From Parachlamydiaceae bacterium (lineage in GTDB: Bacteria > Chlamydiota > Chlamydiia > Chlamydiales > Parachlamydiaceae), in the NCBI GenBank assembly GCA_044226925.1, contig JBGAGC010000001.1:474862-538861 (forward strand): a DNA stretch of 64,000 nt, read 5' to 3'. Of the stretch, positions 44,715 through 53,794 are shown in pieces; the first letter of the stretch is position 1; each line of letters opens with the position of its first letter. The notes under the pieces are model-generated. The model worked only from the letters and a program-made list of their open reading frames with translations, ran no database searches and had not been told where the DNA came from. A program made the position numbers and the translations under genes.

Positions 44715-45437
44715 ATGAAAAATGTTCTGCTAGGATTAAGTTTATTGCTGCTTTTAGCAGCTTGCACATTACAAAGTGATGAGAAAACAGCTTCCGGACG
44801 TCAAACTTCTGAAAAACGGGAAGTCGAACATTTTTCCCGTATCTTTTTTGCAGGCAATGGGAATCTATTCCTTCAACAAGGGGATACAGAAGAAATCACG
44901 ATTGAAACAGATGAAAGTCTTTTACCCTATGTAAAAACAGAGGTTAAAGATGGCACTTTGTATATTGAAGAAAAACCATTGGGCTGGTTGCAAAGTTTCA
45001 AATCCCGAGCTCTTAATGTCTATGTTTCCTTAAGAAAATTAGAAGAGGTCACTTTAGCTGGTAAAGCCAAAGTCACAGCAGATAAAGAAATTAGAGGAGG
45101 AGCTTTAGTCGTTAGAGTCAGCGGAGCTGGACAAGTCGACCTTCCTATCAATTACGAAAAACTTTCTGCAAGCGCAGCAGGATCTGCACAATATACTTTA
45201 AAAGGACAAGTGACAAACCAAGATATTCAAATCACAGGGTCATGTTTGTATGATGCATTGAATTTAGCAAGTCAACAAACTTCAATTGATATTCGCGGCA
45301 ATGGACAGGTCAACGTTAACGTCCAAAACGAATTAACAATCATCATTACTGGTAATGGTTTAGTTCGTTATGTAGGAAAACCTTCCATTACTCAAAAGGT
45401 TTTTGGCAAAGGGAAAATAGAAGAACTCAATCAATAA
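44715..45437 (+). CDS. lipoprotein, DUF2807/GIN-domain-like (putative beta-helical surface protein)
   Basis: 240 aa. Lipobox LLLLAAC. Repetitive beta-strand pattern (GNGNLFLQQGD, VSGAGQVDL, IRGNGQVNV, ITGNGLVRYVG) as in DUF2807. Starts 15 nt after phnX, preceded by AAGGAGA. Confidence 0.65.
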   Translation: MKNVLLGLSLLLLLAACTLQSDEKTASGRQTSEKREVEHFSRIFFAGNGNLFLQQGDTEEITIETDESLLPYVKTEVKDGTLYIEEKPLGWLQSFKSRALNVYVSLRKLEEVTLAGKAKVTADKEIRGGALVVRVSGAGQVDLPINYEKLSASAAGSAQYTLKGQVTNQDIQITGSCLYDALNLASQQTSIDIRGNGQVNVNVQNELTIIITGNGLVRYVGKPSITQKVFGKGKIEELNQ

Positions 45438-45447
45438 ATTCTCTTAC

Positions 45448-45537
45448 TTAGTGCCTGTTCCATCACTTCTCATGGGTTTGAATTTAGAAAGCATTCTTGA
45501 TTCTAAGCCATAAGAAGGGTTGGAACAGACTCTCAAA
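45448..45537. repeat. palindromic intergenic repeat element (family 1, full copy)
   Basis: Left arm TTAGTGCCTGTTCCATCACTTCTCATGGGTTTGAATTTAG. Right arm TCTAAGCCATAAGAAGGGTTGGAACAGACTCTCAAAA. The left arm shares ATCACTTCTCATGG with the copy at 9452. Confidence 0.75.
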
Positions 45538-45764
45538 AATTCTCTCCTCTTATAATCAGGAGAACTTATCACTTGAACAACGATCCAACAGATTCCTTGA
45601 TTCTAGGATTCATTAGGCACAAAGAAATTAAGATTTTTTATCATTTTCATTTCTTTTTATGCACTATAATTTAATAATAAATTATTAAACAACAAATTTA
45701 AATCAAAATAATTAAATTTTAGTGTTTATTTTGATAATTTTTTTAATCAATTTTATTTACGTTT

Positions 45765-46244
45765 ATGACTATTATTGTTCCTTATATGAATGGCTGTATC
45801 ACTCTGGCCGAGAATGTTTTTAATGTCTGTGGTTATCTTCCTAAAGAGCAATTTCCTCAGTTAAATACATGGTCTACGAAATGGCGAGAGCGTTTCGGTC
45901 AATTGCAGATGATTACAGGCATTGCTTTGTTTGCCGTTGGATGGCTTGTTGATAGCTTAAGTCATAAACCAGATAAACAAAAATACCTGACAATTACTCA
46001 ACAAGCCATGTCGTTAGGAATTTTGTATATTAATCATGGCATTTTTAATCTGATGCGAGCTTATGTTGAACGACAAGGATGGGGAGTTTTAACAGGGGCT
46101 TATGATTTTTACGGCCGTAAATTTCTTCCTCCATTAGCAGCTTCTTTTGATTTGCAAGGATACTGTTTTGAATATGTACGTCGACAATTAGATCGTATTC
46201 ATTTTATCACTATTTTTCCGCTTGAATTTTGTTTGAGGAGTTGA
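45765..46244 (+). CDS. hypothetical membrane protein
   Basis: 159-aa ORF with one or two hydrophobic segments (ITGIALFAVGWLV, MSLGILYINHGIF). No recognised family. Confidence 0.45.
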   Translation: MTIIVPYMNGCITLAENVFNVCGYLPKEQFPQLNTWSTKWRERFGQLQMITGIALFAVGWLVDSLSHKPDKQKYLTITQQAMSLGILYINHGIFNLMRAYVERQGWGVLTGAYDFYGRKFLPPLAASFDLQGYCFEYVRRQLDRIHFITIFPLEFCLRS

Positions 46245-46319
46245 ATAATAAAAGCTAATGGCAGACAATTAGATTGAATCCCTCATTTAAAAAGCTATCT
46301 GAACTAGCGGAGGATTTCA

Positions 46320-47528
46320 ATGCCATTCTTCAATGATATTCCACAAGCGGCAGTAGATCCCATTTTGGGTCTTCCTATTGCTTTTGCAGCAGATTCTCGT
46401 CCTTATAAAGTCAATTTAGGTGTAGGAGCTTATCAAACAGCAGAAGGTTTTCCTCTTGTCTTAACCAGTGTCAGAAAAGCAGAATGCCTTATCCAGCAAA
46501 AGCATTTAAATAAAGAATATTTACCCATTGAAGGAGATGGAGAATTTATTCGTTGTGCACTCCAGCTTTTATTGGGAAACGATTCTCTTCTTTTCAAATC
46601 AGGAAAATTTTTTGCAGCTCAAGCCGTGGGCGGAGCTAGTGCTTTACGCATAGCTGGTGAATTTTTAACAAAATTTGTGAGCAAAACAATTTTTATTTCA
46701 CAGCCTTCATGGTCTAATCACAAATTAATTTTTGAAAGGGCTGGATTGAATGTAGGCAGTTATCCCTATTTTAATCCCCAAACATACAAACTTGATTATT
46801 CGGGCATGTGTGAGGCTATTCGGAACATGCCACCTGGAAGTGTCATTCTGCTTCACGGATGCTGCCATAATCCTACTGGCCTTGATCCCACCTTTGAACA
46901 ATGGCAAGAATTATCAGAATTAATTAAAAAACAGCAGTTAATTCCCTTATTTGATATTGCTTATCAAGGATTTGGCGAAGATATTGATCAAGATGCTCAA
47001 GCGATTCGCTATTTTATTCAAGAGGGACATGAAATGTTGGTCGCCTATTCGTTTTCCAAAAATTTTGGCCTTTATGGAGAAAGAGTAGGATTTTTAACAG
47101 TGACATGTGCAAAGCCTGAAGCAGCTCCAAAATTAGGCAGCCAAATTAAAATTTTAATCCGCGGCAATTACTCTAATCCCCCTATTCATGGCGCCCGCAT
47201 TGTTTCAACCATTTTAAAATCTCATGAATTAACCTCAGAATGGAAAACAGAATTAAACAACATGCGTGAAAGAATTAAAGAAATGCGTAAAGCTTTAGTT
47301 GCAGCTTTATTCGTTCAAGGGCAAGACCATAATTTTTCTTATATTCATGAACAAAAGGGATTATTTTCTTTTTCTGGTTTAAATCCCAAACAAGTGCAAT
47401 ATTTAAGAGAAGAAAAAGGCATTTATATGCCTAGCAATGGACGTATCAATATTGCAGGTCTGAATACTCAAAATTTATCTTATGTAGCAGAATCTCTTTT
47501 AGCTGTAATGAAACAAAGCAATTTATGA
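46320..47528 (+). CDS. aspC: aspartate/aromatic aminotransferase (class I, AspC/TyrB type)
   Basis: 402 aa. Motifs GVGAY, PSWSNHKLIFERAGL, CCHNPTGLDPT, SFSKNFGLYGERVG and RGNYSNPPIHGARIV. Confidence 0.9.
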   Translation: MPFFNDIPQAAVDPILGLPIAFAADSRPYKVNLGVGAYQTAEGFPLVLTSVRKAECLIQQKHLNKEYLPIEGDGEFIRCALQLLLGNDSLLFKSGKFFAAQAVGGASALRIAGEFLTKFVSKTIFISQPSWSNHKLIFERAGLNVGSYPYFNPQTYKLDYSGMCEAIRNMPPGSVILLHGCCHNPTGLDPTFEQWQELSELIKKQQLIPLFDIAYQGFGEDIDQDAQAIRYFIQEGHEMLVAYSFSKNFGLYGERVGFLTVTCAKPEAAPKLGSQIKILIRGNYSNPPIHGARIVSTILKSHELTSEWKTELNNMRERIKEMRKALVAALFVQGQDHNFSYIHEQKGLFSFSGLNPKQVQYLREEKGIYMPSNGRINIAGLNTQNLSYVAESLLAVMKQSNL

Positions 47529-47635
47529 AAGGGTCAAAGTTGATAAGCACTTGATCAAAGTGAAATTTTAGGCTATATTTGCCTTAATGCAGAAAAAAAA
47601 TTCCATCAAGTCCTGATCAGAGGACGCGCTCCAGC

Positions 47636-48808
47636 GTGCAAAAAAAATTTTTTGTTACTTATTTTCTTATTTTTACAACGCTCTTAATCATGATGAGCTT
47701 ATCTCGTCGCACGAGTGATAAGATGCGGGGAGAATCAGTTGCTCTTTTAGCTCCTCTATGGGAAAAACTCTTAACTTTTAAGCATTTTGTCAAACATCCC
47801 ACTCAGTCATCTGTCTTAACATCTTTTTCAGTTAAAGAAGATGCACAACGCTTACATCTAGAAAATCAACTACTTGAAAATGAAATCGCACATTTACAAA
47901 AGCAGCTCAATGAGCAAATTCTTTTGTCTTCTGAAATCGCACAAATTCACTCTTTATCTCCCAAAGAGGCAAGCTCATTAACAACAGAGTATCAAAAATT
48001 TTTGGAAAGAAATTTAAAAACAATTCATTGGCGTCTAAAAGCTGTGCCTGCACGAGTCATTTTTCGTTCATTTGATACATGGAGCAGCTCATTGTGGATT
48101 AACGTAGGAGAAGTGACCAATCAAACCCATCAAGCCTCTCTTATTGCTCTCAATAGCCCTGTCGTCATTGGAAAGGCTATTGTAGGAATAATTGATTATA
48201 TAGGTAAATATCAATCCCGCGTGCGCTTAATTAGTGATCATCGGCTTACTCCATCGGTGAGAGCTCTGCGTGGTGGAGAACAGGATTTCTTCATAAGCGA
48301 ACAAATTGATCGTCTATTACAGCAAATGAATCACAAAAGAACCATTCCCCTTTCTCCAGAAGATCAAACGCGTCTCTCTAATCTTTTAAATCAATTAAAA
48401 CAAGAGCTACAGCCTTTTAAAAAAACATGGCATTTAGCAAAGGGAGTGCTTTTGGGAAGTTCATCTCCTTCTAGAATAGGTCAAAATATTTATCTTAAGG
48501 GAACTGGATTTAACTATGATTTTGCTGATGAAGAAGGAATTGGGCGTGATTTGCGCAATGGAAAATCTTTGCAGCAGCCTCAAGAGCCAAATGTTGCCAT
48601 TTTAAAGGTCAACGATATCTTAGTCACAACGGGAATGGATGGCATTTTTCCTGCAGGTTTTCAAGTGGCAGTTGTCTCTCAAGTGGACTTATTGAAAGAA
48701 GGCGATTATTTTTATAACTTAGAAGCTCAACCCATTGCTGGGCCTTTGGAAGAACTCTCACTTGTTTTTGTTCTCCCACCCCTTACAGAAGAGCTGGTAG
48801 AAGAGTAG
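47636..48808 (+). CDS. mreC: rod-shape/cell-division protein MreC
   Basis: 390 aa with a GTG start. N-terminal TM segment, coiled coil (LENQLLENEIAHLQKQLNEQ) and a C-terminal beta-domain with TTGMDGIFPAGFQVAVVSQV. aspC-mreC adjacency is as in Chlamydia. Confidence 0.75.
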   Translation: MQKKFFVTYFLIFTTLLIMMSLSRRTSDKMRGESVALLAPLWEKLLTFKHFVKHPTQSSVLTSFSVKEDAQRLHLENQLLENEIAHLQKQLNEQILLSSEIAQIHSLSPKEASSLTTEYQKFLERNLKTIHWRLKAVPARVIFRSFDTWSSSLWINVGEVTNQTHQASLIALNSPVVIGKAIVGIIDYIGKYQSRVRLISDHRLTPSVRALRGGEQDFFISEQIDRLLQQMNHKRTIPLSPEDQTRLSNLLNQLKQELQPFKKTWHLAKGVLLGSSSPSRIGQNIYLKGTGFNYDFADEEGIGRDLRNGKSLQQPQEPNVAILKVNDILVTTGMDGIFPAGFQVAVVSQVDLLKEGDYFYNLEAQPIAGPLEELSLVFVLPPLTEELVEE

Positions 48809-48900
48809 AACAGAAATATCTTTCTCTCTTTCATCTTTTGATAAACCATTTGACTCTGAATTTTGATCACGCTAAGATGAACACACTCTGAATTTTTTGA

Positions 48901-49821
48901 ATGAATCCACATATGCAGTCTTCTATTGGCATTGTCATTCCCACTTTCCAAGCCGCTAAACATTTGCCTCATTGCTTGCCCCCTCTTTTGCAATCGCCTT
49001 TAAAACCTCGTATTTTAGTCATCGACTCTTCTTCAACCGACGGAACTGCTTCTATTGCACGTCAGATGGGTGCTGAGACATTAGTGATTCCTCAAAGCGA
49101 ATTTAATCATGGAACGACAAGAGAAAAAGGACGTCAATATTTACGCACCCCTATTGTGGTCATGATGACGCAAGATGCCTATCCGACCTCGCCCGACATG
49201 CTAGGACACCTGGTTAAACCTCTCCTCGAGAAAAAATCTTCTATTGCTTATGCACGCCAATTGCCACACAAAGGCGCTGGCTTTTTCGGTGCTTTTGCCC
49301 GCACGTTTAATTATCCGGCTACAAGCCACATCCGTAGTCTGCAAGATATCGCCACCTACGGAGTGTATACTTTTTTTTGCTCAGATTCTTGCGCTGCTTA
49401 TTGCAATGACGCTCTCGATGAAATCAGAGGATTTCCTCATGTCTTATTTGGAGAAGACACAGTTGTAGTAGCAAAACTTTTACATCGGCAACACTACATC
49501 GCTTATGTAGCCGAAGCAGAAGTTCGTCACTCTCATGATTACACTTTAAAGCAAGAATTTTGCCGCCATTTTGATATTGGCTTAGCCAGGCACCTTTATC
49601 AAAATTTGATTGCCATTGCAGGATCGGATAGCCAAAGAGGCAAAGCTTATGTCAAAACTTTATTAAAAGATCTTTGGCAAACCTCTCCTTCCTTAATTCC
49701 TTATGCTTTATTGCAAACATTCGCCAAATTCGGCGGTTATCGCCTAGGCAAGGCTAGTTCCAAAGCTCCTATCTGGTTTAAAAAAACTTTTAGCAGCCAA
49801 AAGTTTTATTGGAACAAATAA
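48901..49821 (+). CDS. family 2 glycosyltransferase (rhamnosyltransferase-like)
   Basis: 306 aa. Motifs IGIVIPTFQAAKHL, VIDSSSTDGT, MTQDAYP and FFCSDSCAAY match a GT-A fold GT2 layout. Confidence 0.7.
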   Translation: MNPHMQSSIGIVIPTFQAAKHLPHCLPPLLQSPLKPRILVIDSSSTDGTASIARQMGAETLVIPQSEFNHGTTREKGRQYLRTPIVVMMTQDAYPTSPDMLGHLVKPLLEKKSSIAYARQLPHKGAGFFGAFARTFNYPATSHIRSLQDIATYGVYTFFCSDSCAAYCNDALDEIRGFPHVLFGEDTVVVAKLLHRQHYIAYVAEAEVRHSHDYTLKQEFCRHFDIGLARHLYQNLIAIAGSDSQRGKAYVKTLLKDLWQTSPSLIPYALLQTFAKFGGYRLGKASSKAPIWFKKTFSSQKFYWNK

Positions 49822-50051
49822 AATAAGTGATTTAATAGGCTCTAAGAGGCTTCAATTTTTCTATTCATTTCAAGAAAGCGAAAGTTTCAGTTACTCTGGT
49901 TTTCAATATTATTTTATCTGCTAGATAAAAAAATAATATTGAAGAGTAAATATTAATTATATTCTATTGAAGTTAAAAAATTTATCTTTTAAATTTTAAT
50001 TAATCTTTGATAGTATAAACAGCTATTAATTAACTGATCAAATGGATTTTT

Positions 50052-52220
50052 ATGGTTAACAATCTTGACCGTCTTCAAGCAGTAAATGTCGATTACTTTG
50101 CATTTCTTGCAGATGATAAACCTGTACACGCCTACCTTAAGTCAGCAGCGGTAATGACAGGTGTTGCAGTTGCTACTTTATCTTCGGCTTATTTAGCTTA
50201 TCAAAATCCTAGACATTGGTGGTTAACAACAAGTTGCGTCGCTCTTATCAATTTATACGTATTGCCTAAGATCTTACATTTTGGCAATTGTGTCATGATT
50301 AAAACAGCCTTAGCCCTTAATCTCACATCTTTGGGAAGTTTGATGTTAGGAGGTATTGGCATAGCAACAATTTCTTTGAGCAAGCTTAGCCTTACTTTTC
50401 TTAAAACAACTCAATTATCAAATGCTCTTTTTACGACGTTTTTTCTAACGGGTGTTCTTGGTTATGGACTTCCTCTATGTAAAGAAGTGCTTGAAAAAGT
50501 CTATTATTTGTTGAGAGAAGACGAGTGGCAAAGTCGAATGGATGAACTCCATGATCAATTTCATCGCATGCCTGAACTGGGTTTAGGCTTTTTACAATCG
50601 AATTTATGGCATCACTTTATTCTTAATCTAACTCTATTGAAACCAGACTTGGTTTTAGAGGTTTATAGAATCTTCAATATTGATCCCCCCAGCTACGTAT
50701 GGCCAGTTGTAACAGCCATGAGTGATGAAGTCAGTGTGAATCAATTTAAAAATATGATTTCACAAATGGAGCAAATCGCTCACCTGGCAGAACTTCAAGG
50801 CGACCTGACCTCGGATGAAATGAAAGATACTTACTATATGCGCTTAAAAACAGCGCTAAGAGCCATTAGTAAAGAAAACCTTACTGAAGCTGTCATTTTA
50901 CTTCTCTCAAACGGTCCTAAACTCATCCCTTACGTTCTTTCTTCTTCCCAATTTTTAACTTTATGCATAGAAGATGCTCAAGACGCTTTTAATGAATTAA
51001 GCGAACAATTTTTAAATTTACTTTCTTCTTGGGACGATTTGCGCAAACGTTATCTTGATCTTAACCAAGATATTATCCAATTAGAACAAGATGTGAAAAG
51101 TCAAAATTTGCAAAAATTGACAACAAACCAAAAAGAAGATCTTCTTGAACGCCATCAGATAGTGGCAAAAGAATTTAATAGTTTGCGAGGAGAAATTGAA
51201 AAAGTTTATTTTGATAAACGTATTTGGCAAAACTTTATTCCTTTATGTCTAGAAGATGATCAAATGAAAGATTTGCCTGATGACTTTGATTGGATTTTTC
51301 AAATCATTTGGTTTAATCAGCCTTTATTGATTGAAATCGATCAAACTTATCGCTCATTGATTGAAACACAATCCACTTCTCAAAAGAGTCCCAATCCCGC
51401 TGCACAAACCAAGTTACCTACTCTAAGTGCCAGCCTCCAATATATTACAAGCAAACTCGCTACCATCGAAGAAGATGATGATGACGAAACGGTTTCCGCT
51501 GTTATGTTTTTAGGAGCCAACAAAGAGTTTGTTCAAAAAGATTACGATAATTTACAGGAGTGGTTGGATTTAGATAGTCCGCACCAATTAGAAGAAGCGA
51601 TGGAAAAACTTGGATTGGCTACTGAAGAAGATCTTTACGCCAAAAATATTTTACCTCGCCAAGGGCAAATTTCCAAAACAGAAATTAGCCAAAACCTTCG
51701 AAAGTATATTGATCAAATGCCCAAGCCTCATTTGGCTCAACGCGTTCAACCTAAAAATCAAATTCAACCAGCATCTCTCTTAAATAAAATAATTCAAACG
51801 ATAACGCGTTTATTATATTACGCGATAAGTTCGAGTTTGATCCTTGTTCCTGTTCTTATTCATCCTCATTTAGGGCTACGAGGTATTGCTTTAGGGACAA
51901 GCTTTTTTGTTCTTAAACGATTTAACGTGCCGGGAACCCAAGCTATTGTTAATGGTGTCCAAAAAATAGTAGATCACCTTCCTTTAGGCAATTTTTTCTT
52001 TGGTCTAGTAACACGCCGTATTATTACTCTAACACCTCGAAGGCGAGAGCAAACTAACCAATTTATTCATGCCAATTTTTTTGAACGCATGCGCATCATT
52101 AATTGCCAAATTCTTCTTGCAATATTCATTTCTCATTTTAGTTTGCGTGCGGATCTCCCTCCTGTAGGAAGTTTTTTTCAAGGCATTGCTCTTGGCGGCG
52201 AATTAGTCGATATTGTTTAG
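50052..52220 (+). CDS. large polytopic membrane protein, lineage-specific (Inc-like hydrophobic pairs at both ends, coiled-coil centre)
   Basis: 722 aa. Four or five N-terminal TM segments, a central Glu/Leu/Gln-rich region with an EEDDDDE patch, and C-terminal hydrophobic pairs (LLYYAISSSLILVPVLIHPHLGLRGIALGTSFFVL). No recognised family. Confidence 0.6.
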   Translation: MVNNLDRLQAVNVDYFAFLADDKPVHAYLKSAAVMTGVAVATLSSAYLAYQNPRHWWLTTSCVALINLYVLPKILHFGNCVMIKTALALNLTSLGSLMLGGIGIATISLSKLSLTFLKTTQLSNALFTTFFLTGVLGYGLPLCKEVLEKVYYLLREDEWQSRMDELHDQFHRMPELGLGFLQSNLWHHFILNLTLLKPDLVLEVYRIFNIDPPSYVWPVVTAMSDEVSVNQFKNMISQMEQIAHLAELQGDLTSDEMKDTYYMRLKTALRAISKENLTEAVILLLSNGPKLIPYVLSSSQFLTLCIEDAQDAFNELSEQFLNLLSSWDDLRKRYLDLNQDIIQLEQDVKSQNLQKLTTNQKEDLLERHQIVAKEFNSLRGEIEKVYFDKRIWQNFIPLCLEDDQMKDLPDDFDWIFQIIWFNQPLLIEIDQTYRSLIETQSTSQKSPNPAAQTKLPTLSASLQYITSKLATIEEDDDDETVSAVMFLGANKEFVQKDYDNLQEWLDLDSPHQLEEAMEKLGLATEEDLYAKNILPRQGQISKTEISQNLRKYIDQMPKPHLAQRVQPKNQIQPASLLNKIIQTITRLLYYAISSSLILVPVLIHPHLGLRGIALGTSFFVLKRFNVPGTQAIVNGVQKIVDHLPLGNFFFGLVTRRIITLTPRRREQTNQFIHANFFERMRIINCQILLAIFISHFSLRADLPPVGSFFQGIALGGELVDIV

Positions 52221-52234
52221 CAGTTGACAACAAA

Positions 52235-52266
52235 GCTTAACTCTTTTGATTTCAAAAGAGTTAAGT
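52235..52266. repeat. left copy of 32-bp direct repeat flanking the IS (contains terminator hairpin)
   Basis: GCTTAACTCTTTTGATTTCAAAAGAGTTAAGT is identical to 53737-53768. The internal hairpin is CTTAACTCTTTTGA-tt-TCAAAAGAGTTAAG. Confidence 0.9.
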
Positions 52267-53736
52267 CTATAGTTCGGAACTTTTTAAGCTGCTTTTTTAA
52301 ATATTTCAGCGAGAATGGGAACAGTTAATCCGCATTCTTCCCATATGTGAGGGCTATCAATAATAGATTTTCTCAGTTGACCTTTAAGAGCTCGAAGAGT
52401 TAAGCGCTTAGCAGGCTTTCTCCAAGGAGGATCATCTGTAAGAGGGGGTTCATCTTGATAAGTTTGCAAGCTTACAAGCAAAAGAGCACTATAAGCTGCA
52501 ACATGTAAAGCTGGTTGCTTTTCAACTGATTTTTCATTTCTTACTTGAGCTTGTCCAACTCCTAAAATAGACTTTTCATCACGGTGATTATATTCGATTT
52601 GCCATCTATCGAAATAAGCTTGAATGACTTTAAGGGTATCTAGTTCTTGATCTGTACAGAGGAGAAAAGCAGGCTGTCTATAGCACTTTTTACCAGCTTT
52701 TCGATAGGCTAAAGGAGCAATCACAATAAGTTTTAAAAACTTGCGCTTTGTTCCCGATTTCCAAAGAACATTTTTGATTTGCTTATATCGAACAGGATTA
52801 AAATAGCCGCCATAGTAAATAATACCTTCTTGCCATACAAGTGTCTGATCTTGTAGGACAGAGAGAGGAGTAAAAGTAAAGTCATCGTAAAACTTTCTTT
52901 TCTTTTGAGAAGAAAAACAAAGTTTAGCATCTTTTCTACATCTTGCAACAAGACTTGTTCGATCGAGATCTATTCCCATACAAATTTTATTACAAAAACT
53001 ACCATCTCCAACTAAAAGAAGTTTTTTATCTTGATAACCCATCTGATCTAAAGCTTGCCTCAATTCGTTTGCATGCTCTTTAAACAATGTAGATAGATTG
53101 AATTGCTCTTTTGCAAGCCGATATTCTTTAATTTCTTCTTCACTTGCTTTCTTATGAGGTTTCTTTATATGCGGAGCATTAATAAATCGAATAGGAATCG
53201 CTCTTGGCGGCTTTTGCCATAAACGATGAAGAGGCATAAGAATAGAAAACTGTAAAAATCTTAATCCCCAGATTAAATTAACACAAAAAGCTGGAGACAT
53301 GGGGTCTCTATGCCAAGAAGTAAAAGGAATTTTTTTACCTGTCTTCTTAAGTCTTGTATCATCGACTCCCACGGCTATGAAATCATCTGGAATATAATCC
53401 AAACATTTTTTTAGGATCGGATTAAAAACATCTTGCGTTTTCCACTTGCATTTAGAGTATAATTTGTAATCTGAACTTGGCTTTGTTTTCGCTTTTCCAA
53501 GAAAAATTGCAAAGTTCGTAATCGTGGCTCTGCCAAAAAGACATAAAGCTGCTACCGCATGTGCTTTAGCTTTTAAAAAGGCTTGTTTCTTTGTGAAAAG
53601 TGGACGCCATAAATCTAATGTAGTAACTAAATTCTTTAGCAGGTTCATATATTGTTCTCCTTTGGTCGGGAAGAACATCTATTTTATGGACCTGCTCTTT
53701 TTTTTGGAATTTAACTGAAAAAGTTCCGAACTATAG
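52267..53736 (-). mobile_element. insertion sequence, IS4 superfamily, 1470 bp, apparently intact
   Basis: Perfect 19-bp terminal inverted repeats: CTATAGTTCGGAACTTTTT (52267-52285) and AAAAAGTTCCGAACTATAG (53718-53736). A single transposase ORF fills the element, and it is flanked by a perfect 32-bp direct repeat. Confidence 0.9.
52284..53648 (-). CDS. DDE transposase (IS4 superfamily)
   Basis: Candidate DDE residues are VGVDDT, LLVGDGSF and the Y-(2)-R-(3)-E-(6)-K signature in YFDRWQIEYNHRDEK. Start set at MNLLKNL (ATG 53648), preceded by AAGGAG 8 nt upstream. The ORF track begins 10 codons earlier. Confidence 0.85.
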   Translation of the reverse strand: MNLLKNLVTTLDLWRPLFTKKQAFLKAKAHAVAALCLFGRATITNFAIFLGKAKTKPSSDYKLYSKCKWKTQDVFNPILKKCLDYIPDDFIAVGVDDTRLKKTGKKIPFTSWHRDPMSPAFCVNLIWGLRFLQFSILMPLHRLWQKPPRAIPIRFINAPHIKKPHKKASEEEIKEYRLAKEQFNLSTLFKEHANELRQALDQMGYQDKKLLLVGDGSFCNKICMGIDLDRTSLVARCRKDAKLCFSSQKKRKFYDDFTFTPLSVLQDQTLVWQEGIIYYGGYFNPVRYKQIKNVLWKSGTKRKFLKLIVIAPLAYRKAGKKCYRQPAFLLCTDQELDTLKVIQAYFDRWQIEYNHRDEKSILGVGQAQVRNEKSVEKQPALHVAAYSALLLVSLQTYQDEPPLTDDPPWRKPAKRLTLRALKGQLRKSIIDSPHIWEECGLTVPILAEIFKKAA

Positions 53737-53768
53737 GCTTAACTCTTTTGATTTCAAAAGAGTTAAGT
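53737..53768. repeat. right copy of 32-bp direct repeat flanking the IS
   Basis: GCTTAACTCTTTTGATTTCAAAAGAGTTAAGT, identical to 52235-52266. Confidence 0.9.
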
Positions 53769-53794
53769 TTGGTTAGCCTAAAAAATTTTCAGTT

